Below are positions 24,901 to 34,707 of a stretch of 34,707 bases of DNA, one piece after another. Both the position numbers and the translations under genes were made by a program. The notes below the pieces were generated by a model that worked only from the letters and a program-made list of their open reading frames with translations, was not told the DNA's origin and did no database searches. The DNA is from Ginkgo biloba. Lineage: Eukaryota > Plantae > Ginkgophyta. The stretch is taken from NCBI GenBank assembly GCA_024626585.2, contig JANKJI020000004.1, positions 13,480,846-13,515,552 on the forward strand, given 5' to 3'. Within the stretch, counting starts at the first letter, position 1. Every line of letters begins with the position of its first letter.

Positions 24901-26791
24901 GGAAACCAAGAAGGGATTGAGGATGTCATTCATTATACTCATAAAGGTATCTTGTGCATTGTTTAAACCACAAGGAATGACCATCCACTCATACCAACCA
25001 AAATATATTTTAAACATTGTCTTTTAAATGTCCCCAGGTTGCATTCTAATGTAATAATAAAGTAACTTGAGGTTAATTATGGATATGTATTAGGCTCCTT
25101 ACAACAACTGAAGTAAGTCATCAATCTATGAAAAAAGGTACCTATTTTTAATTGTGAAGTTATTAAGTTATTAGTGATCAATATAAGGATTCCAAGTGCC
25201 ATTTAATCCTTGGGTATCAAAGGGATTAGTGAACCACGTGATTTGGAACTACAATCAATATGTTCATCCTCAATCAACTATTGAAGTGGCCTCTCCAACT
25301 TAAGGGACACAAGATGAGAGGTCTTATAAATTGCTCCATTATGCATGCTAGATATAGGAAGAATTCCAATTCTATGCTCAACCCCTCAAGAAGGTATAAT
25401 CCCCTTAGGATTCTTATAAAAAAATAATAAGGAAGCAAGGTCCATATGTTTCTCATCCACTTATACCACTTGCAAGCTCAAAATACAACATGCCATATCA
25501 TCCTATGGTTGGATCAATAACAAGGAAAAATGATGTGAAGTGTTGATAAGATTCCTCACTTTGTCTAGAGAAACTAATTGGATTGAACCTAGTATAGAGA
25601 GAAGGCGATAAATGATGCAATCCTTCTTGAAGTGGTGGTTATATAACATGCCGGCCAAATTAAAAGTCATGTGCAAGAAGGATACATAGGAATACATTGC
25701 AAGTGACCTGATTAATATAGTCTGACTATATGGTAAATAAAATCATAAAAATCCTTTCCATTTGACTACTAGAATTTCCTGAGTTGACCCAGGAGTGTGG
25801 TTGGGTTGTAATTTGAAGATCATGAAGTAACTAAGATTATATAATATTCTTTATACTTCTATTATCCAAATCAAAGAGATCAAATGATCTTTGATATGAC
25901 CCATTTACACAAAGAGTTTATGTCTACTTGTTAAGGATAAAGAGGTGCTAGTGATGGTTAAGGTCTTCTAAGCTTGCATTTTTCCTTAAAAATCAACATA
26001 GGATCCTTCTCCTTTTAAACCAAGGGGTTTTTATTCTTTGATCCCCTATTTTTAGGATTAGATTAACATTCCTCTTTTGGATTGTTGTAGCACCTACGAT
26101 GCTTATGAAACTTGGTCCAATAATTTATCTTTCCATTTCTGTTATCATTGGAAGGTTTTTTATATTCCCTTGATGAAAAAGTAGAATATGATCCTTTATC
26201 CTTATATGATTTGGAGAAGGAAGACAAGGAAGAAGGTGTTGGAGCAATATTTTTCTTGATAAGCTTCTTTTCCACTTTTAAATCATAATTATATACTTTG
26301 TATAAGTTATAGAGAGGAATGAGGTCAAGTTCTTATTGATGTACTAAAAATATTTCTCCAATAAACTAAAGATCTAGTACCTCCTCAATTTCATCAATAC
26401 TTAATTGAATGTTGAGTTTGTAAAATTGGTGTTGTATTGGAATGGCAATTATTGAAAAATAATTGAATATGCTATAAAAGGATGATGAATCAATCTCCAA
26501 ATTTCACTCATAGATGCTCCACTACTATGTGAATGATTTTCATAAGTATTGGATATTGTATTAGACCTAAAGACTACAAGAATTAATTCTAGATAGAAAA
26601 AAATGATCAATTTAGGTTGAAATACCTCCGTCGAGTTAACTTGCCGGTTGTGCCATTCCTTTTTTTGGTATTGAAGAAAAAATTGAGAAANNNNNNNNNN
26701 NNNNNNNNNNNNNNNNNNNNNNNNNNNNNNNNNNNNNNNNNNNNNNNNNNNNNNNNNNNNNNNNNNNNNNNNNNNNNNNNNNNNNNNNNNC

Positions 26792-26943
26792 ATCTATGAT
26801 TTATTTACTCACACAATATTTAATCATTAAATGAGTGTATTATAGGCCTTAATTGCACAAAATACAATAAATAAGTGAGTAAATAATCAAATATTGATGT
26901 AGAAGTGTAGGAATATATCCAAATATGGATGCATGAAACATCA
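26792..26943 (-). repeat. 5' LTR (visible part) of the minus-strand gypsy element
   Basis: TGATGTTTCATGCATCCATATTT...TATTGTATTTTGTGCAATTAAGGCCTATAATACA matches the 3' LTR TAATGTGTTGTGCATCCATATTT...TATTGTATTTTATGTAACTAAGGCCTATGATACA. It runs into N-gap 26691-26790. Confidence 0.8.
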
Positions 26944-27149
26944 TATTTCCCTTCTAAATCATAGATCTAGTCATATAAAATATTTTCATCCATAATATTT
27001 TCATAAATTTTTATCATTAGTTTTGTTTCTCCACTAATGTTGTTACCCTATAGTGNNNNNNNNNNNNNNNNNNNNNNNNNNNNNNNNNNNNNNNNNNNNN
27101 NNNNNNNNNNNNNNNNNNNNNNNNNNNNNNNNNNNNNNNNNNNNNNNNN

Positions 27150-28650
27150 NNNTACCATCCTTATATTATGTTATTTTTTCCCTATTTTGTCCAAGTTATG
27201 CCATTTTCTTTTCTCATTCCTAGGAAACTATAACACGTTATTATTGTTAGATTATGGCATGCTATTGTTAAAAAATTAGAAGCTTATAAGGGTCCATTTA
27301 TATCTAAAGGTTCTAAATATATATATGATATATTAACTACCTTATGTAATTCTAAATTATCTCCTAACACAAATATATTAGGCTCTTTAACTATTGTTAT
27401 AGCTCACTATATGTATTCCATACCCCTTATCCATACCTAGTGATTGACTATGGTACCTAACTCTCTTTTGTTCATACATTATATGTGTGCTAGGGTCTAT
27501 TATAGATAGTGTTTATACATATAAAATTATTATTATNNNNNNNNNNNNNNNNNNNNNNNNNNNNNNNNNNNNNNNNNNNNNNNNNNNNNNNNNNNNNNNN
27601 TTGGGTGCCATGTATTATTCTCAATGTTATACAATTTATATAGCAAAAACTAGCAATTAAAGGAAAATTTTCTAAATTTTTTAAAGGTTCCACTTATTGG
27701 TTTATGTAAAATAATTAGATTATTGGATTATAATTATTTTATATATGGATTTAATTAAGATTCCACTACATCAATCATATTGCACTGGATTATTTATAAT
27801 TGGATTGAAAAGTTGGATGCACTATCTTGTTCTTAACAAAACTAGTCAACTAGTTAATAGATGGTTACTAGGCTTCCATAGTTATAAATTCATCTTTGAT
27901 TATTCCAATTATGCATCAAAAAATGAATGTAAAGTGATGGAATCAACACATTATTTGAAGATGATGAATTAACCCTTGAAATGGAAGTTGGAGTAAGAGA
28001 AATAATATATTACTAAGAACGTGATACTAACTATTCATGCACTATGAATTTACCTAAGTATATAGATCATAAACAATTGAATATGCTCAAGTAACACCAT
28101 ATCAATACTAATAGGTTCATCTAAATATATTATATATGGATCTCTCTCCTAAGGGTTCTTATAGTTGGGGTGAAATGGATCTAGAAGGTATATTCAAATG
28201 CATTCTCAAGCATGGAGCTATTGGGGTTATGAAAAGTGTAAGTAAAGGAATTAAATATGTTCAACTTATTAATAGTAGAGGAAGAATCATAAGGTGTAAT
28301 TTCATGTAACTTATTATATTAATGGTTTATGTTAGACCCAAGTTTTCTAGGTTATTAAGGTTTGATAGTGAGATTATCAAGGAAGCAAAATCTTAGGTTT
28401 TTACCATATGAAGTAACTATAGAGAGGTATGTGGAGGCATCCATTATCCTACTATTATTGAGGTTTTGGTTTGTAATATCAATACACCTATCTTGCACCA
28501 TTTGAATTTTACTAAAATTTAGCTTAAATTATTAAAAAAGGCTTTGATAATTTCAATCATAGGTGCCTTCCATTATGGATAAGAGTTTCTTCCTGGTATA
28601 CTTGCAATATGAAAAAGTCATTTTTTGGGAAGTTAACAATTTAATATATT
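27150..28650 (-). pseudogene. Possible leucine-rich-repeat receptor (LRR-RLP/RLK ectodomain) relic
   Basis: Scattered minus-strand LRR-like fragments: IDITNQNLNN, SLSNLNNLENLGLT, LSYSNF(H)FKG, PSIN*LTSF, IVSYNN, INGPL. The region is heavily degenerate. Confidence 0.4.
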
Positions 28651-29019
28651 CTTCTAATTATCATTATGATAGCACCAAATATGATCTTGTTGTTATCAAT
28701 AATACTAAGATTTGTTTCATCTAGTGTTAATCAACTATGTACCATCAAAATTTATGACTATGGATATCAAATATGTGCTCCATGTATTATGATATAATAC
28801 TAATTATGATGTGTAATATGAGTTAGAGAACCTAACAAATGAACAATAAATTACATTTCTCTAACATATCACCCAAAGATATTTATCCACTATGAAGATG
28901 AGAGAAAAATAGAAAACTAGATCAACTAAATGTTAAAAATAGAGTTGGTTTTATATGTCATAGATGTAGTTTTCTTCTTGTATATAATACTTTCTTTCAT
29001 TATTTTGTATAGATATCTA

Positions 29020-29830
29020 TGTAATAATTAGTGGAAAATGATCTAGTAATCCATGCATAAGGATGATGTATTTACAATCTATAAAAATAAACCTCCTTAT
29101 TATATGTATTGGGTGCCTACATCAAACCATCTCATATCTTACTATATGAGCATGGTAGTNNNNNNNNNNNNNNNNNNNNNNNNNNNNNNNNNNNNNNNNN
29201 NNNNNNNNNNNNNNNNNNNNNNNNNNNNNNNNNNNNNNNNNNNNNNNNNNNNNNNNNNNNNNNNNNNNNNNNNNNNNNNNNNNNNNNNNNNNNNNNNNNN
29301 NNNNNNNNNNNNNNNNNNNNNNNNNNNNNNNNNNNNNNNNNNNNNNNNNNNNNNNNNNNNNNNNNNNNNNNNNNNNNNNNNNNNNNNNNNNNNNNNNTCA
29401 AATTCCTTCCTAATCTAGCCTTCTAAAATAAGGTCTTGTCATCTCTACTTTAATTTCAAAATTCTTATTAACCTTTACACTATAGAAGTGTAATTTACTT
29501 ATCTTTCTAAAGATTATTAGATCTATGATTAATGTTTGCTTAGATTTACTCCATTATATATGATCTTGGTTGATCTTATCTTGTAATATAATATTTATAC
29601 AATGTTATTGATCTTTCTAAATCCCTTTAACCACTAATGGACTCATAACTAACATTTTTATTGGTTTAGTGAATCTACACCTAGTGTTNNNNNNNNNNNN
29701 NNNNNNNNNNNNNNNNNNNNNNNNNNNNNCATTATGCTCTCAACTAATGATATACTTATGGCTATGAATTATTTCTCAGTAAATTCAACTCCATTATGCT
29801 TATCCTTTCATAATGATAGGAACTAGCACT
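29020..29830 (-). pseudogene. Possible receptor-like kinase domain relic
   Basis: AATGGAGTTGAATTTACTGAGAAA (29795-29772) is three substitutions from a codon string for NGVEIAVK. About 35 codons later comes LG, then KMLV(Y)E (29658-29642), then LH..(D)VK.N at ~29495-29465, and I...LCM near 29070. The spacing matches RLK subdomains II-XI. Confidence 0.45.
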
Positions 29831-31979
29831 TAGAATCCTACATAAATGATAACCCATTATAGCTATAGCACTTCTTAATAGAATATTTAATAATTTGTAC
29901 ATATTGTATTAAGAAATCATGAGAAAGTAGATACTATGACTTAAATGTTCCATTCTGTAATATAAATGTAGACAAATAAACTTGGGCATGACTCTGATGG
30001 TAATAAAACCAAATGTTCACCTATATCTATTGGCTAATATTTTTCAATATTACCTTAGACTTCCATACACATAATTTCTAACTATGATATCTACCAATGT
30101 TCACATACATAACATACACAAAGATTAATATTGACAACACGAACCCACAAATCTTGATATCACACAAATATACATCATAACCTCAATGTAATAGTAATAA
30201 ATGCATTTAATTTTTAAGTTATTTACGCATAATATAGAATAACTAGGATATTATCACTATTATGAATGACAAAAATATCTTCGATGATCATTTAGAATAA
30301 CACAAAACAACCTTTAACCATTCACCAACCTAATTCAATAACATCAATTTTCATAATAGTTATTTTCATTAATAAATAAAATATTGTATAGTAAATATAT
30401 AGAATCATTGAATACAAGCTCTTGAAACTATTCTCTAAAAACTATTCATCTCTCATGTTTTTTATCCTTCATTATATAGGAATATATAATATAATATCTT
30501 CTAACAACTTATTATAATACAATTTCTTCTAAGAATTTCTTCTTTACTTTTATTATTGCATATCCTTAAATAAATGAATATTTATTAAGAGAATATTCGT
30601 TATATNNNNNNNNNNNNNNNNNNNNNNNNNNNNNNNNNNNNNNNNNNNNNNNNNNNNNNNNNNNNNNNNNNNNNNNNNNNNNNNNNNNNNNNNNNNNNNN
30701 NNNNNNNNNNNNNNNNNNNNNNNNNNNNNNNNNNNNNNNNNNNNNNNNNNNNNNNNNNNNNNNNNNNNNNNNNNNNNNNNNNNNNNNNNNNNNNNNNNNN
30801 NNNNNNNNNNNNNNNNNNNNNNNNNNNNNNNNNNNNNNNNNNNNNNNNNNNNNNNNNNNNNNNNNNNNNNNNNNNNNNNNNNNNNNNNNNNNNNNNNNNN
30901 NNNNNNNNNNNNNNNNNNNNNNNNNNNNNNNNNNNNNNNNNNNNNNNNNNNNNNNNNNNNNNNNNNNNNNNNNNNNNNNNNNNNNNNNNNNNNNNNNNNN
31001 NNNNNNNNNNNNNNNNNNNNNNNNNNNNNNNNNNNNNNNNNNNNNNNNNNNNNNNNNNNNNNNNNNNNNNNNNNNNNNNNNNNNNNNNNNNNNNNNNNNN
31101 NNNNNNTTAAAATCCTTTGAAGAGATTCTTAAATTAAAGTGCAAAGAAGCAAGAATGGATTTGAAATAGAGATCCCACACTAGCTAGAGTGCTAACCAAC
31201 CAAAATGAAATCCAAGGGCACAACTAAGTTTAGGAGAAATCCATCAGGTGAGAAGGCAACTATTGCCACCATACTACCAGGCAATAAAGGAGGCAAATAT
31301 GGACTCCGAGCTACCCTTTCCACCCTTGAGCCTTGGCATTCTTTTAAAACCTCTAAAATTATGATGTACCATCCCTTAAATGAGCCAAAGGCCTTAACAA
31401 TATCGAAACAACACCTCTGAGACTTAGAGGATATACACCCTTTAATGGGTCACCACTAGAACAGGAAGAAAGGATCCCTTTAACGGGATAAATTTAACTA
31501 TCCATTAATGAGTTGCCACCAGAAAAGGGAGAGCCACCCCAGAGAACCATAATGATGAGGGGTCGAGGAGAGAACCCAAAAGAAGGTCACAGCTTAAAGC
31601 ACCAGATCGTATCCACAAGGAGGCATCTCCACATAAAGCATACATGAGCCACTCATCACTATAAGTTCTCGAGCAAGAAGATACAGTGAAAGACTAGAGG
31701 AAGAGAGGAGGGGTAAGGAGAGATANNNNNNNNNNNNNNNNNNNNNNNNNNNNNNNNNNNNNNNNNNNNNNNNNNNNNNNNNNNNNNNNNNTAAAGCTAG
31801 AATCTCTGTAGGGCCAAACCCTAAAAGAGTCAAATAATTATTTCCCCCTATATCTCTTTTCATGTAGCTACTCTATATAATTTAGGTGAATATAGTAGTG
31901 AGAATTATATTTCTATGTATTCTATTTGGGTGTATATGATTATTTTTTACTTAGGAGGATTTACATGTAGATTTTAATT

Positions 31980-32460
31980 TTCTTTACAAATTAAATTAAA
32001 TACCTCAAAGGGAATACAAGGTTTAAATCATAAAATAAGTGGCTTTGAAAAATATTCAAACATAGTAGAAATGCCTAATATTAATTATTGTACCTTCAGG
32101 AGGAAGGTCCATTTAGCAACAATTGAATGTTATCAAGGAAAAATCAATAAGGAATCCTCAACTACACTTAAAATGAAAGTAAGGAACCTTTATATGAGAA
32201 TAATAACTCCTTCAATATCTTCTTAGTTAGGTGATGGTATAATAATCTAGAATGGGACTAATTCTTGTAAGAAATATCAAATAATTTACTCTAGAGTAGA
32301 AGCATAACGAAGTATAAAATTACAACTTATTTCCAAGTCTATATGGTGCCTTTGCTAATTAATAATAATATCTTGGCCTATGACTTAGTGGATTTACTTG
32401 AAGTTCACAATGTATTTTCTTGAAGAGTGTGGGTCCTTTACTAATGAAGCATTGCACCTT
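31980..32460 (-). pseudogene. Gypsy RT N-terminal relic
   Basis: Minus-strand motifs in order: AKAPYRL, QELV, LRI-IDF (cf. LRLCIDY) and EYFSK (cf. YFSKLDL). Confidence 0.45.
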
Positions 32461-33329
32461 TCTTATTTTCTTGTAGAAATATAATATGAAGAAAATTTGT
32501 AATACATGGAGAAATATTCCTCACTTGTATGAAAAATAATAGGTACATATTACAATCTACCATTATCGAAAATCATTTATCACAACTAATGAGATCTAAA
32601 AATAGAATTATAATAATCATTTAACAAATTAGAGGAATCTCAGGGATGTGAGATTCACTCATATATATTTTTTTGTTGTAAATATATTTTTTTTTATTCA
32701 TAAAATAGGAAGAATTACATCATTTTACAATAAAATTTAGGAAGCAATAAGGCATGCCCACTATTGGAAGACAAGGCAACATCAAAACTAGTGTAATAAC
32801 ATCATGACATCATATCATAATAACATTGATCCAAAATGAAGAAGAGAGTATAAAAACATATATAAAGTAGAGTGTCATATACCTATAACCTTTCCATTAC
32901 CATCTCTTCCACCATAATCATCTTTCTATTATGGTCCATAAGGAGAAATTGTAAGCTCAATCATAGGTGTTGCATCCCACGCACCTCTAGTTTTGCTCAC
33001 TATGTAAGGCCACCTGAGGAAATTACATATTATTGCAGGGCTGATAGGTGTGGGTAGAATTGTTGAGTCTAGATTTTCATGATCACCTATTATGGATTCA
33101 AATACACTCTTTATGAGAAGGTATAGATGATTCATGAGGAACTCTTCTTATGGTGTAGGGGGGCAAGCCCCAATGATCAATTAGATCAATCAGGTGTTGT
33201 AACTCTAATTGNNNNNNNNNNNNNNNNNNNNNNNNNNNNNNNNNNNNNNNNNNNNNNNNNNNNNNNNNNNNNNNNNNNNNNNNNNNNNNNNNNNNNNNNN
33301 NNNNNNNNNNNTGTTAATTGATCATTTTT

Positions 33330-33965
33330 TTTCTTTGACATATTAGCCCACATGTTTTTTGTGTGCTATCAAATTGTCTTTCTATAATTCTTAGTATTGC
33401 AGAGCACTTTAGAACCTTAGCAACCCACCTAATTCTTCTCATATCCAACAATCTACCTACTTAAGCCCACTAATAGGCTCCTCTTCATTATTTGTTTACT
33501 CACTATCATATTATATGTACTATATACTAAAAAAACACCTTTTCCTATTCTAATCATCAACTCTTGTTTTTGTAATTGTCTCTTTTTTGGAGATTTATTT
33601 TGTTGTTAGAATTTGATTTTGAGGAGAAATAAGGTTGTTATTATAGGTTAATTTGAAAAGTATGTAGTTGCATGTAGTCCCAAAGAGGTGCATCATCTAT
33701 ATAGAAGATAATTTATAGAAATCCATGACTACTTCAGTTTTCCAAATAGTCTTTGTTTAATCTATCTCGTTAATTTATGTGTCTTTGCTATGACTATTTG
33801 CCTTTGGTATTTGTGGTAACTCATTTTGTCAACTCCTTGTGCTACTTGTTTTTTTGGACCTTTTTGCCATGGTTTTGGTTATCTATTTATTGTTACTAGT
33901 TTTCTTTAATTGTTTGTATTTCTTACATTTTTGTTTATTTTATGCCATTAATGTAAATGAAAAAT
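33330..33965 (+). mobile_element. Possible LINE 3' end (zf-RVT and IWxxRN motif, T-rich 3' UTR, short A tail)
   Basis: YC...E...ATHL-FFSYP at ~33395-33447 (cf. C..ETxxHLFFxCP) and RI*F-RRNKVV at ~33608-33640 (cf. IWxxRNxxVF). A T-rich tract follows and ends ATTAATGTAAATGAAAAA. Confidence 0.4.
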
Positions 33966-34707
33966 ACTAAATTGATGCTTAAAGAAAATAAATTCTATTC
34001 AAACTAACTTCAACTTTCTATCAGTGTATGCCCCAAATAATTCACATTTTTTCTTAAATTTGGCATGGCATATGGAGCAAAAAAAGAAGTCTTCGGTTGT
34101 GAAGTATTTTATATGGATCCATCCATCTTCTCAATTATCCATGTATTTGTTCCTTAATTTTCTCTACTCTAGTATGGGTTGTACTCATTTATGTGGATAG
34201 AGGAGATTATGAGTAGTTTCTTACACATGCATGTTCAATTCTAATGATAAACAACTTTTTGGAATTATTTTCTCTAGTTTTTATTATTTCAAGAAGATAT
34301 ACAAGGCATGATCTTAAGCACAATGAAGCAATACAAGAGTTGTCTTTTGTGTCTCATCGTAGATATGTCTAATGATGTTTGACACAGTTTATTTTCTATT
34401 GAGTGTTCGATTGTTAATGTCTCTCTATGTTTCCTGTGTTTCAACTTAGATGTGTGCTTCTGTAGTGATATCAGGTAAATAAAAATATCTAAGAAGATGA
34501 GATATCTACTTCCATTTCTGAATTACGTAGATAATTGCTCTTAGTATATGGTTCTTTATTTATACTTATTTTTGTTGCTATCTTGCATATGTTTTGCAAT
34601 AATTTTATATAGAGATACGTAAGAGCAAGAATTTCCTTGATTCTTATGGAGTATACAAGCAGGTTATTGATTTTTTTTGTTTTGTTTTTAAACATTTCAA
34701 AACTATT

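Larger units (their letters stand above)
21459..26943 (-). mobile_element. Near full-length degenerate Ty3/gypsy retrotransposon (CRM/chromovirus-like): LTR-gag-PR-RT-RH-INT-PPT-LTR
   Basis: LTR homology between 21835-21987 and 26792-26943. Termini are TGATG (26943) and TAATG (21987), with a candidate CATCA end at 21459. The PPT AAGGAGGATT is at ~21988-21997. RT: [45 protein letters not shown] (24826-25017). RH: PFEVEIDAF and IKYKKGMQNKITEFLSRPP. INT: ISMDFIS...VDQFNKMVIFITC...SIISYKDSCFSSHFW...FSIPFHP. The RT-RH-INT order identifies it as gypsy. Confidence 0.92.

Noticed and set aside
21454-26948. Target-site duplication for the minus-strand gypsy element
   Set aside because: The flanks TTTCA (21454-21458) and TATTT (26944-26948) do not match, so no TSD is claimed.
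2330-31180. Long ORFs made mostly of X (e.g. 2330-3206, 7077-7680, 14605-15553, 30566-31180)
   Set aside because: These are artefacts of translating through N-runs.
32686-33210. T-tract and ORFs 32872-33057 and 32929-33135 as a minus-strand LINE 3' end or a gene
   Set aside because: I recognised no convincing protein motif, and a T-tract alone is not diagnostic.

Overview
This is AT-rich, CpG-depleted eukaryotic DNA that looks like land-plant nuclear sequence (inferred from the receptor-kinase and TE families present), interrupted by many N-runs. One stretch looks like an intact host gene: the C-terminal half of a receptor-like Ser/Thr kinase on the minus strand (3677-4178), whose N-terminal part falls in an N-gap. 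The rest is mostly decayed mobile DNA: a near full-length Ty3/gypsy element (minus, ~21459-26943) with paired LTRs and a duplicated integrase C-terminus; a plus-strand gypsy element showing only gag and protease between LTR-like repeats (~9532-13898); a LINE EN-RT relic (minus, ~18150-20400); and smaller gypsy, CACTA and LINE fragments. Heavily decayed kinase and LRR pseudogene traces lie at ~27.2-29.8 kb. I found no prokaryotic-type system, CRISPR array or RNA gene, and no clearly new biological system. The best leads are the gag-PR-only element, the chimeric integrase and the decayed receptor genes. All alignments and translations were done by eye, so relic boundaries are approximate.
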